DNA of 32,000 nucleotides from Propionibacteriaceae bacterium. Its GTDB lineage: Bacteria; Actinomycetota; Actinomycetes; Propionibacteriales; Propionibacteriaceae. Where the stretch lies: assembly GCA_031256725.1 (NCBI GenBank), contig JAIRQE010000006.1, forward strand, positions 90,001 through 122,000, given 5' to 3'. Shown in pieces: positions 17,456-26,128 of the stretch (positions are counted from its first letter, which is position 1; each line of letters opens with the position of its first letter). Under the pieces are notes generated by a model. It saw nothing but the letters and a program-made list of their open reading frames with translations, was not told the origin of the DNA and did no database searches. The translations under genes and the position numbers were made by a program.

Positions 17456-18422
17456 CTGGATCGGCTATTTTCACAGGCGTACCAGTATTCAGGGAGTAAA
17501 GATCGCCATTGCGTGCTTCAAGTCCAGTCCATTGTTGGGCGATATTGACCATACCTGCTATTCCCCGTCCGTGCCCAGAGGCGAGTACGATAATTCGTTC
17601 GATGTGATCTGGAGGTAGTACCTCCCCAGCAGCCTGTGTGAACTCGTCGACATTGGTCACCATGAGGCTCTCTGTGAGTGAGTAAATAATGAGTCGTCCC
17701 AGAAGCTCACTGTCGCCATCACGGGTACCAGCGACAGTTGTGATCTCTTCCCCAGGTGGTACATTCGCGAAACCGGCTGCGCCTTTGAAGCGGAAGGAAT
17801 CCGTGTCGAGCATGAAGACCCGTCGTAACCCTGGAACATGGTGTACATCTGGTGGTGCTGTGAGGAGATTCGGTGCACGCAGATCTCCGATCGTCACCCC
17901 CCGAAGATGGAGGTCGTGAACAAGGAGCAAGACCTCGCCCAGACGTGCAATCTTCTGGTATTTCGGATAGTACGAAGGGTTGTGATGTCTTCCAGCGAAA
18001 ACCCTGCCCTGAGTGACCCGTGAAAACGATGGCCATCCTTGGGTTGTGTCGCCCCAGTCGCCAGCAGACTCATGCCATCGTAGGAGGATTCCGATTCGCT
18101 TGCCTTTGTCTTCGATGATGGCTAGAGGCCAGGAACACGAATTGAGGAGGAGGGCATCTTTCGTATGAGTGGAATCTACCAGGGGCGAGACCACATCGTT
18201 CATGAGAGTTTCAAGATTGCTCCAGTCTATACAGTCACCAGTTCCAGGGCCCTTATGACCAGGCAAGCATTGGGGTTTGAGTATCTTAGCTACGTAGAGG
18301 TTCCTAGACTCATCTCGGCATCGTGTCACTGAGGCAGCGTTGGCAGTCGCCGATGATTCACCCATGAGGCTGGTTGTGTCCATCTCCAAGCATCTGAGAT
18401 CTACCGTGGGGGTTTGTACCAT
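17433..18422 (-). CDS. atypical protein-kinase-like protein
   Basis: Three kinase-like motifs: YVAKILK (beta3 Lys), VHDLHLRGVTIGDLRAPNLL (catalytic loop D-L-R-x-P-N in place of HRDLKPxN), and FMLDTDSF (DFG-equivalent). No obvious Gly-rich loop. An AAGGGGGG ribosome-binding site precedes ATG 18422. Confidence 0.6.
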   Translation of the reverse strand: MVQTPTVDLRCLEMDTTSLMGESSATANAASVTRCRDESRNLYVAKILKPQCLPGHKGPGTGDCIDWSNLETLMNDVVSPLVDSTHTKDALLLNSCSWPLAIIEDKGKRIGILLRWHESAGDWGDTTQGWPSFSRVTQGRVFAGRHHNPSYYPKYQKIARLGEVLLLVHDLHLRGVTIGDLRAPNLLTAPPDVHHVPGLRRVFMLDTDSFRFKGAAGFANVPPGEEITTVAGTRDGDSELLGRLIIYSLTESLMVTNVDEFTQAAGEVLPPDHIERIIVLASGHGRGIAGMVNIAQQWTGLEARNGDLYSLNTGTPVKIADPDDGGTRD

Positions 18423-18432
18423 CAAGCCCCCC

Positions 18433-19311
18433 TTATCTCATCACCAGTGCAGCGACGGATGCATCATCACCAGTTTGGGCGGCACAGTCTTCAACGAGAC
18501 GCAGAAGGTACTTCTTGAGCAGACTTCCATCAGCAATATCGGGTGTCCGGGTAGCTGCAAGGTGTTTCTCGTTGACATGGAGGATTCGCGCTGCTCCATC
18601 TGTACATGCGAAGCAAACCTGACCACTCGCGAGTTTAATGATGCCGTACTCGGCGTGGCTGTGGACACCGGGTAGAGCATTTGTGAAGGAACTTGATCGA
18701 CCCTCGTAGGTGGCATCGTGCCTCGTGAGCCACTGTATCCCCTCAGCGCTGATCAGACCAAAAGCTGAATCCCCTACGGTAAGCCAGTAGCAGGAAACCC
18801 CTCGAAGGGTTGGGATGAAGACACCGAAAACGAGAGTACTTGCTGGATAAAGATCCTCGCCTGTGATCTTTCGAGCGGTGTGGGCGTGGGCCCTCATAGC
18901 ATGATCAACTTTGGCAAGGATCGTGTGTACCATCACAGACCATGCGAGGGTGTTCCAGATGTTGAATCCACTCGAATCAGCCCAGGATTTCACCTGGGTC
19001 CAGGCGGTACGAATAGCGATGTCGGCACTTTCTCGTACAAGTTGCCTGGATTTTTTGCTGGTGTGTGAGGTACCACTCACGCCGTCAGCTACTGCGATGA
19101 AACCCAGATTCTCGGCAACACCAATAAATGCAGAGTCCTGCAAGGGCCACGGTGGTTCCGCGAAGAAATGGTTGCTGCCTATACATGATGCATGGGCTCC
19201 AAAAAAGGTTTCTGTGTTGTAGTGTCCCGATTCCATGGGTTTGTCTGCAAGGAGAAACTTAGACTCGCGGCGTTGTGCTGCCCGAAGATGATAAGGAATA
19301 ACGCTGCTCAT
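18433..19311 (-). CDS. PP2C-family Ser/Thr protein phosphatase
   Basis: PP2C motif series: LQDSAF, IAVADGVSG, VGDSAFGLIS, ACTDGAARIL, GDDASVAALV. The ATG lies 3 nt after the vWA stop. Confidence 0.8.
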   Translation of the reverse strand: MSSVIPYHLRAAQRRESKFLLADKPMESGHYNTETFFGAHASCIGSNHFFAEPPWPLQDSAFIGVAENLGFIAVADGVSGTSHTSKKSRQLVRESADIAIRTAWTQVKSWADSSGFNIWNTLAWSVMVHTILAKVDHAMRAHAHTARKITGEDLYPASTLVFGVFIPTLRGVSCYWLTVGDSAFGLISAEGIQWLTRHDATYEGRSSSFTNALPGVHSHAEYGIIKLASGQVCFACTDGAARILHVNEKHLAATRTPDIADGSLLKKYLLRLVEDCAAQTGDDASVAALVMR

Positions 19312-19314
19312 CGT

Positions 19315-20106
19315 CTAGTATCCCTTGGCTGGAACATAGTCAAAACCAGGCAGTCCTCCAGGGGTGGTGAACTTCTTTCCTCGAGAGGACAGAGCCACGG
19401 AATTGATAATGAACTCGAAGACATGACCGATGACTCCGTGACTCCCATCGACACCAATGGATTGAACGAAACCTGTACCACCGTGGCTGCGTGTTGCTAT
19501 GCGGGCGATGGTGTGGGTCTTCGCATGGCCGAAACCTAAGGCTGCGATCCCGGGGGAATAGGCGGGCTTGGATAGCTGATCATAGGAGGATCTCCATCCC
19601 CGATCCTTGGGTTTACCATCGGTGATGAAGAAGACCGCAGGCCGGCTCCTATCGCTGTAGTGGTTGCTGAGGTACTGGTCATCCTGGTTGAGCACCTCCA
19701 AGAGATATTGGAAAGCTGTGCCATAGTGTGTTGAGGATTGTTTTTCGTGTGCCTTTTGGAGGGACTTCCCAATGTCGAAATGACTGAGTCGATGGATTGC
19801 TGTTAACGGAAGGATGGTCTCAACTTGGTCACCAAATGCCACGATCGAGAACAGGCCCCTCTCATAGATCTGGTGGTAGTCCTCATGGGAGAAAGCCAGA
19901 GACTGAGCAGCAGTAGTACCGCTGTAGGCACCCTCGCGAAGGAGGACCATGAGTGCCGCAGTCCACTCTTTAATGTCATCTAAAGCGGAGAAGGTCTCAC
20001 CTTTGACCGTGATCTCATCATTCATTGATGGGGAGACATCAATGACAAGATAAAAAGGAAAGGCACTGCCAAACCCTGTCATTCGTTCATAGGCAAACTC
20101 ACGCAC
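19315..20106 (-). CDS. TerY-like von Willebrand factor A (vWA) domain protein
   Basis: MIDAS motif DxSxS in FPFYLVIDVSPSM, plus FFITDGKPKD. The overall N-terminus is TerY-like. GTG 20106 lies 9 nt after GGAGG; TTG 20112 and a downstream ATG are alternative starts. Confidence 0.75.
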   Translation of the reverse strand: MREFAYERMTGFGSAFPFYLVIDVSPSMNDEITVKGETFSALDDIKEWTAALMVLLREGAYSGTTAAQSLAFSHEDYHQIYERGLFSIVAFGDQVETILPLTAIHRLSHFDIGKSLQKAHEKQSSTHYGTAFQYLLEVLNQDDQYLSNHYSDRSRPAVFFITDGKPKDRGWRSSYDQLSKPAYSPGIAALGFGHAKTHTIARIATRSHGGTGFVQSIGVDGSHGVIGHVFEFIINSVALSSRGKKFTTPGGLPGFDYVPAKGY

Positions 20107-20246
20107 TGACAACCCCCTCCTTGGCGTGTCGCGAAAAAGTACACACCATTGTTGTTAACTATTCAGCGTTGATAGTCTATACCGAGTTTTATCCTGACAA
20201 CGCCAATATTGAAAGTTCGCAGCAGGGACAGAGTAAACTAGAGCGG

Positions 20247-21068
20247 ATGAATACCGACGAGATATCCAGGGTCCTTCTGGCTGACCCGACGAGTTCTTTT
20301 ACCCAGTTTCTGGGGCGTACCTCTCCCGAATTCCTGCCGGTACAAACGCTGGGACGCTCAGGAGGTGACCTCTCTCCAACAGCGACGACAATTGTTGCTG
20401 TGGCGACCGAGGAGGGGGTGATCCTGGCAGGGGATCGCAGGGCAACAGTGGGTTCAATGATCGCTCAGCGGGATATTCAAAAGGTCTACCCAGCTGACGA
20501 GTACTCAGCAATCGGCATAGCGGGCTCTGCAGGGTTATCCATCGATCTGGTGAAGCTCTTTCGGGTCGAATTGGAGCACTACGAGAAGATTGAGGGTACA
20601 CCCCTGACCCTCGACGGTAAGGCGAACCGATTGGCCTCCATGATTCGAGGAAATCTGGGGATGGCACTCCAAGGGTTTGTGGTGGTTCCCCTATTTGTCG
20701 GATGGGATAGGGTCCGTAACAGGGCGCGAATTTTCTCCTATGACCCCACAGGTGGTTGCTATGAAGAGAACGGTTATTACGCAGTAGGTTCCGGTTCGGT
20801 GTTTGCCAAGGGCTCTCTGAAGAAACTGTATTCCTCGAAAGCGAGCCTGGAACAGGCAGTGATCATGTGTATCCAAGCACTCTTTGATGCTGCTGATGAT
20901 GATGCAGCAACAGGGGGGCCAGATGTACTGAGGCGAATCTTCCCCGTTGTGGTCTCGGTTACCGCCCAGGGGGCGACCCAGATTCCTGAATCTCAGATTG
21001 CTGAGATCACAGACACAGTGTTGGCTGGGCGTATGACTCGCCCCGATGGACCGGAGGCCCAACTATGA
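20247..21068 (+). CDS. prcB: 20S proteasome beta subunit
   Basis: The propeptide contains SSFTQFLGRTSPEFLP (compare recalled M. tuberculosis SSFTDFLRRQAPELLP). This is followed by the mature N-terminus TTIVAV..GVILAGDRRAT...QK, giving Thr1/Asp17/Lys33. The tracked ORF starts at TTG 20121; ATG 20247 fits homologues better. Confidence 0.88.
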   Translation: MNTDEISRVLLADPTSSFTQFLGRTSPEFLPVQTLGRSGGDLSPTATTIVAVATEEGVILAGDRRATVGSMIAQRDIQKVYPADEYSAIGIAGSAGLSIDLVKLFRVELEHYEKIEGTPLTLDGKANRLASMIRGNLGMALQGFVVVPLFVGWDRVRNRARIFSYDPTGGCYEENGYYAVGSGSVFAKGSLKKLYSSKASLEQAVIMCIQALFDAADDDAATGGPDVLRRIFPVVVSVTAQGATQIPESQIAEITDTVLAGRMTRPDGPEAQL

Positions 21069-21808
21069 GCCAGCCCACTTTCTATGTTTCACCCGAGCAG
21101 CAGATCAAGGATCGCGCAGAGTTTGCCCGCTCTGGGATCGCCAAAGGGCGTTCAGTAATCGTTGTCCGATACGAGAATGGGATACTTTTCATTGGGGAGA
21201 ATCGTTCGAAGTCCCTCCACAAATTCGCTGAGATCTATGACCGGATTGGGTTCGCAGCCGTAGGAAAGTACAACGAGTTCGAGAACCTCCGTATTGCTGG
21301 GATCCGCCACGCTGATGTTCGCGGGTACGCCTATGATCGCCATGATGTGACAGGGAGGATGCTCGCGGGGGCCTATACCCAGTTGCTTGGCATGATCTTC
21401 TCTGCAGTGATGGAGAAACCCTACGAGGTTGAGCTGATCATCTCAGAGGTGGGGAATCAAGCTGAGGGGGATCAGATCTTCCGTGTGAACTTTGATGGAT
21501 CCATCACAGAGGAATCTGAGTATTCGGTCATAGGAGGGGCTGCAGATCTCATTGGTACTGCTCTCCAAGACACCTATGTACCTCAGATGAGTCTCGCAGA
21601 ATCCTTTAAGGTATGTCTGGCAGCATTGGCGGCCGATCCTCGCGGTCGTGATGTGGATGTCGATGCCTTGGAGGTTGCGGTCCTGGATCGTACACGCACC
21701 CAGACTCGAAAATTCCAACGACTGGAGACCCACGAGATCCGTGAACTCATAGAAGCAAAGCCACGCAAAGCCCAGGCGAAGAAGACAGATGATGATTCCA
21801 TGCAATGA
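21065..21808 (+). CDS. prcA: 20S proteasome alpha subunit
   Basis: Full-length similarity to recalled M. tuberculosis PrcA (YVSPEQ, RAEFARSGIA, YDRIGFAAVGKYNEFENLR, ADVRGYAYDRHDVTGR, KPYEVEL). ATGA overlap with the prcB stop. Confidence 0.9.
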   Translation: MSQPTFYVSPEQQIKDRAEFARSGIAKGRSVIVVRYENGILFIGENRSKSLHKFAEIYDRIGFAAVGKYNEFENLRIAGIRHADVRGYAYDRHDVTGRMLAGAYTQLLGMIFSAVMEKPYEVELIISEVGNQAEGDQIFRVNFDGSITEESEYSVIGGAADLIGTALQDTYVPQMSLAESFKVCLAALAADPRGRDVDVDALEVAVLDRTRTQTRKFQRLETHEIRELIEAKPRKAQAKKTDDDSMQ

Positions 21809-22865
21809 GGTTGGAGCCTGCCAATCGGTACTCATCATTGGCGCTGGGCTTATTGGTACAAGTCTGGGGCTCGCTCTAGGACAGCGTGGCTATTCAGTCT
21901 ATTTAGAGGATAGTACCCCTAGTCACGCGCTGGTTGCTGCTGGTTTGGGTGCTGGTGAAGTGGGGGGCTGTGAGGACGCAGAAATGGTTGTCGTGGCTGT
22001 ACCGCCCTCGCTCACAGGGGAGGTTGTGGCCCAATCATTGGCGGCCTACCCCCAAGCGACAGTAACCGATGTGGCCTCAGTTAAGGCTCCCATCCTTGCG
22101 CAGTTGCGCGCACTCAGCTGTGATCTTTCGCGCTATGTGGGTTCCCATCCCATGGCCGGATCCCACAGAAGTGGACCTCTGACGGCGCGGGCTGACCTCT
22201 TCGTAGACCGTACATGGGTGGTCACTGCCCATGCAGATGCTGATCCTGCCCGTGTCGAACAGGTCTGTTCCCTGGCTCGCGACTGCCAGGCTCGGGTGGA
22301 AACCATGGGCCCTGACGAACATGATCTAGCAGTGGCCGAGATCTCACATGTACCCCAGATTGTCGCCTCCCTCATGGCGGGGAACCTGACTGAGGTTGTA
22401 CCTGAACACCTGCGTCTCGCAGGGCAGGGGGTACGCGATGTCATCCGTATTGCTGGTAGCGACCCGTCGATGTGGACCCAGATCATCACGGCCAACCACA
22501 GCGCGATCAGCAACGAGTTGGCTAGGTTGTCAGCCTCTCTAGAGAGGGTACGAACCCAGCTCGATTCCACAGAAGCTGTGACACAGTTCATGAAACTGGG
22601 CGTTGAGGGGGCTAGGAGCCTTCCAGGTAAGCATGGTCGTCGAGTCGCTGATTATGTACAGATCACTGTCGAGATTCCCGACTCACCTGGTGCGCTTGCT
22701 CGACTCTTCGCTGATGTTGAAACCGCTGGGGTCAACGTTGAAGACTTGGTTATTGAACATGATCATGCACGTGAAGTTGGATACATCTCTATCTCTGTTG
22801 AGCCCAATGAGACTGAATCACTGGCTCAGGTCATGACCGACGCAGGATGGGCCCTCAAACCGTAG
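21789..22865 (+). CDS. tyrA: prephenate dehydrogenase with C-terminal ACT domain
   Basis: NAD fold VLIIGAGLIGTSLG, the SHPMAGS motif, and an ACT-like C-terminus (ITVEIPDSPGALARLFADVETAGVNVEDL). The gene overlaps the prcA end by 20 nt. Confidence 0.85.
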   Translation: MMIPCNEVGACQSVLIIGAGLIGTSLGLALGQRGYSVYLEDSTPSHALVAAGLGAGEVGGCEDAEMVVVAVPPSLTGEVVAQSLAAYPQATVTDVASVKAPILAQLRALSCDLSRYVGSHPMAGSHRSGPLTARADLFVDRTWVVTAHADADPARVEQVCSLARDCQARVETMGPDEHDLAVAEISHVPQIVASLMAGNLTEVVPEHLRLAGQGVRDVIRIAGSDPSMWTQIITANHSAISNELARLSASLERVRTQLDSTEAVTQFMKLGVEGARSLPGKHGRRVADYVQITVEIPDSPGALARLFADVETAGVNVEDLVIEHDHAREVGYISISVEPNETESLAQVMTDAGWALKP

Positions 22866-22888
22866 ACAGTCATTGGGAAGGATTGCTC

Positions 22889-23545
22889 ATGTACACGATC
22901 GCCATTGATGGGCCCTCGGGCTCAGGGAAGACCACGACAGCGAAGGCGCTTGCGCGGAAGCTAGGATGGGGGTACTTGGATACCGGTGCGATGTACCGCG
23001 CGGTCGCCGTTGGTTGTATGGAGGCGGGGATTTATGATCCTGAAGGTATCGCTGAGTACTGTCGTACTATGGAAGTGGAGATCTCAACAGACCCTGATCA
23101 CCCGGCCATTATTGTGGCGGGTCACGACATCTCCGAGGCTATTCGCGCTCCTGAGACCTCTGCATGGGTGTCGAAGGTCTCCACAAACCCTGAATGCCGG
23201 ATCAACTTGGTACAACGTCAAAAGGACATCATCGCCTCGTCGAATATGGTGGCTGAAGGTCGAGACATCACCACTGTTGTTGCCGCTGATGCTGAGGTAC
23301 GAATCCTGTTGACCGCTGATGCTGAAGCTCGAATGTCTCGTCGTGGTGCTGAACTGGGAGGAAAGGTCGATGAGGCGGGACTTCGTGACCAGGTACTACG
23401 TCGCGACCGAGATGACTCAACCCTTGTGAACTTCACTGTTGCAGCCGACGGTGTAGTGACCATCAACTCGACCTTGATGACCCTTGATGAAGTGGTGGAT
23501 CAGATCTTGTCTCTTGCTGAACATGCGGGGATCCCGGTTCAGTAA
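22889..23545 (+). CDS. cmk: cytidylate kinase
   Basis: [17 protein letters not shown]-loop followed by [18 protein letters not shown] ribosome-binding site. The tracked ORF start at 22847 overlaps tyrA. Confidence 0.9.
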   Translation: MYTIAIDGPSGSGKTTTAKALARKLGWGYLDTGAMYRAVAVGCMEAGIYDPEGIAEYCRTMEVEISTDPDHPAIIVAGHDISEAIRAPETSAWVSKVSTNPECRINLVQRQKDIIASSNMVAEGRDITTVVAADAEVRILLTADAEARMSRRGAELGGKVDEAGLRDQVLRRDRDDSTLVNFTVAADGVVTINSTLMTLDEVVDQILSLAEHAGIPVQ

Positions 23546-23586
23546 TCCGCGACCTCCGGTATGATAACTGGGTTGAAGGAGTACTG

Positions 23587-24894
23587 ATGAAGCCTATTGT
23601 TGCGGTGGTGGGGCGTCCCAACGTGGGCAAGTCGACCCTAGTCAATCGAGTTTTGGGGCGGCGCGAGGCCGTCGTACAAGACATTCCAGGTGTGACCCGA
23701 GATCGGGTGAGCTATGATGCTGAATGGAATGGACGCGAGTTTGTGGTCGTCGATACCGGTGGATGGATCCCTGATGCCAAGGGTATGGCCATGCAGATCG
23801 CAGAGCAGGCAGAACTTGCGATAGAGATGGCTGATGCTGTGGTCTTCGTTGTGGATGCGACCATGGGGTACACCAACGAAGATGAGGCCGTGGTACGTGT
23901 CCTTCGCAAGGCCAGGAAGCCAGTGATTCTGGCAGCCAACAAGGTTGATGACCAAAGGCTTGAGGCTGATGTGACCTCCATGTGGAACCTTGGATTAGGG
24001 GAGCCCTATCCTGTATCAGCCCTTCATGGGCGCGGGTCGGGGGATCTGCTTGATGCTGTGTTGGGTGTACTTCCACCCAAGGAGGAGATCAATGAGGCCG
24101 AGGATGGGCCTCGACGTGTCGCCATTGTGGGGAAACCCAATGTGGGGAAGTCGTCGTTGTTGAACCAACTGTGTGGTGAGCAGCGTTCGGTTGTGGATAA
24201 TGTCGCGGGAACAACCGTGGACCCAGTCGATGAGATCGTCCAGATCGGTGATCAGGTCTATCACATGGTTGATACTGCCGGGATTCGTCGCCGTGTGAAA
24301 GAGGCCTCCGGTCATGAGTACTATGCGTGGTTGCGTACACAGACGGCCATCGAACGCGCTGAGGTCTGTATCGTCGTCATTGACTGTTCGGAGCCTGTGA
24401 CCGAGCAGGATCTTCGGATACTGTCGATGGTGGAGGCTTCAGGGCGAGCGATGGTTGTGGCCTATAACAAGTGGGATCTCATCGACGAGGAGAGACGCCG
24501 TTATTTGGACCGTGAGATTGAAAGGGATCTTCCTCATATTTCCTGGGCTCCATCGGTGAATATTTCTGCTTTGACAGGGAGAAACACAGGAAAACTCTCA
24601 CGTGCGATTGAGACCGCGCTTGAAGGGTGGGAGACCCGGATTTCCACTGGTCGGCTTAATGCCCTGTTGGGGTTGCTCGTCGCTGCTCATCCACATCCAG
24701 TCCGTGGTGGAAAGCAGCCTCGAATCCTGTTTGGTACCCAACCTCAAGCATGTCCGCCCACCTTCCTTCTGTTCACAACAGGGGAGCTGGATGCTCCCTA
24801 TGTACGCTTTATTGAGAGAAGACTGCGTGAGGAGATCGGCTTCGCTGGGACTCCTATACATATCTCAGTGAAGCCGCGAGCAAAGAGATCCTAG
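23587..24894 (+). CDS. der: ribosome-biogenesis GTPase Der (EngA)
   Basis: Two tandem GTPase domains (GRPNVGKS...DTGG...NKVD and GKPNVGKS...DTAG...NKWD) plus a KH-like C-terminus. Confidence 0.92.
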   Translation: MKPIVAVVGRPNVGKSTLVNRVLGRREAVVQDIPGVTRDRVSYDAEWNGREFVVVDTGGWIPDAKGMAMQIAEQAELAIEMADAVVFVVDATMGYTNEDEAVVRVLRKARKPVILAANKVDDQRLEADVTSMWNLGLGEPYPVSALHGRGSGDLLDAVLGVLPPKEEINEAEDGPRRVAIVGKPNVGKSSLLNQLCGEQRSVVDNVAGTTVDPVDEIVQIGDQVYHMVDTAGIRRRVKEASGHEYYAWLRTQTAIERAEVCIVVIDCSEPVTEQDLRILSMVEASGRAMVVAYNKWDLIDEERRRYLDREIERDLPHISWAPSVNISALTGRNTGKLSRAIETALEGWETRISTGRLNALLGLLVAAHPHPVRGGKQPRILFGTQPQACPPTFLLFTTGELDAPYVRFIERRLREEIGFAGTPIHISVKPRAKRS

Positions 24895-25595
24895 GCAGGG
24901 TCACCCTGATCTCGGTCGAGTTCCTTGAGATAGTTGTACACGGTGAAGCGGGTCACTGAGAGCGCTTGAGCTGCTCGTTCAACAGACTCTCTCAAGATGA
25001 AGAATCCGCTGGATTTCAATTCTGCGACAACTGCTTTCTTGTGTCTCTTATGCATCAGGGCTACGGGTACCTCAACGGCATTGATGGCTTTCATCAGGAG
25101 ATCTTCTGCCAAGTCATCAACATCGCCTACGAAATGCTCTGGGATCTGATCACCACCAGGGACGATTGCTGGCAGCATTGTTGCTGCGATCTCGGATACG
25201 GTACGCCAGATTCGAGTATCGCAGTTGATGCATAGGGCTGCGACGGGTTTGCCGGAACTTGTTTCCATGATGATGGTTGAGGATCGTAGTTCCTGACCAT
25301 TGGATCCTTTTCCTGTGTACCCCATCAGGGTTTTGAGTTGATCCCGAGCTGCTGCTTGGAGGAGCAGGTCGGTCGCTGGGCCTCCCACCTTGCGTCCAGT
25401 GAGGGAGCCTTCAAGCGCGACTATGGAGTTCGGGAGCAGGAAGAGATCGTGAAGGACTACCTCGCAGTCTCCGGGTAGAATCTGCGCCAAAGGAGCAATG
25501 AGAGATGACAGGGTACGAAGAATACAATCATGCTCAACCATCTCCTGCGGTGTCATGGTGGCGATACCGGGGACCCCACTTGGTGAAGTACTCAT
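24891..25595 (-). CDS. YheO-like PAS-domain / HTH transcriptional regulator
   Basis: YheO-like pattern [28 protein letters not shown] and a C-terminal HTH ([16 protein letters not shown]). ATG 25595 overlaps the ridA stop (ATGA). The longer ORF to 25706 would overlap ridA by 115 nt. Confidence 0.75.
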   Translation of the reverse strand: MSTSPSGVPGIATMTPQEMVEHDCILRTLSSLIAPLAQILPGDCEVVLHDLFLLPNSIVALEGSLTGRKVGGPATDLLLQAAARDQLKTLMGYTGKGSNGQELRSSTIIMETSSGKPVAALCINCDTRIWRTVSEIAATMLPAIVPGGDQIPEHFVGDVDDLAEDLLMKAINAVEVPVALMHKRHKKAVVAELKSSGFFILRESVERAAQALSVTRFTVYNYLKELDRDQGDPA

Positions 25596-25996
25596 AGTTG
25601 GGTCTGTGGTACAGCAGCGATGGATTCGATTTCCACCTTGGCTCCTAATGGAAGTGCTGCAACCTGGAAAGCAGCTCGTGCAGGTAGGGGCTCGGTGTTG
25701 AACCACCGGGCATAGACCTCATTGACTGAAGCGAAGTCGGCCATATCGGCCAAGAGAACAGTGGTTTTCACTACAGCAGACAGATCTAATCCAGCCTCGG
25801 CAAGGATGGCTTGAATGTTGGACATTACCTGGTCGGCTTGTCCTGCGGCATCGGTTACTTCGATCACTCCTGTGGCAGGGTTGATGGGTATTTGACCCGA
25901 AACGAAGATGAGGTTCGAGGTTCGTACCGCTTGAGAATAGGGGCCGATGGCTGCGGGAGCTTTGACAGTGATAATGGGTGTATTCGTGGAAGTCAT
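25592..25996 (-). CDS. ridA: RidA family reactive enamine/imine deaminase
   Basis: YjgF/RidA signature: APAAIGPYSQAV...IFVSGQIP...ARAAFQVAALPLGAKVEIE. AAGGAGA ribosome-binding site. Confidence 0.88.
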   Translation of the reverse strand: MTSTNTPIITVKAPAAIGPYSQAVRTSNLIFVSGQIPINPATGVIEVTDAAGQADQVMSNIQAILAEAGLDLSAVVKTTVLLADMADFASVNEVYARWFNTEPLPARAAFQVAALPLGAKVEIESIAAVPQTQL

Positions 25997-26084
25997 GGTT
26001 GAGTCTCCTTGTTGACAACAGCATTGTTTCAGATCTTAGGGCAGTGGGCCTCGGTTGGAGGGTACCAATCGCCGCAACTCATCT

Positions 26085-26115
26085 ATGGGGCCGGTTATAA
26101 GGCTACCAGCCCCAT
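26085..26115 (-). other. 10-bp stem-loop just downstream of the permease stop (possible terminator or processing/stability element)
   Basis: In the minus sense: AUGGGGCUGG, an 11-nt loop, then CCGGCCCCAU (one G:U pair). It starts 14 nt after stop 26129. No U-tract follows. Confidence 0.3.
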
Positions 26116-26128
26116 AAATGAGGGATGT

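Noticed and set aside
20113-20246. A possible pup gene or N-terminal extension upstream of prcB (the tracked ORF starts at TTG 20121).
   Set aside because: The extension (ACREKVHTIVVNYSAL...) has no Pup-like sequence and no C-terminal GGQ/GGE. Homology to PrcB propeptides begins only after ATG 20247. The region is better explained as the divergent promoter region.
25596-25706. A longer form of the YheO-like regulator overlapping ridA by 115 nt.
   Set aside because: The extension is Cys/Ser/Thr-rich out-of-frame ridA sequence. The ATG at 25595 forms a classic ATGA coupling with the ridA stop.
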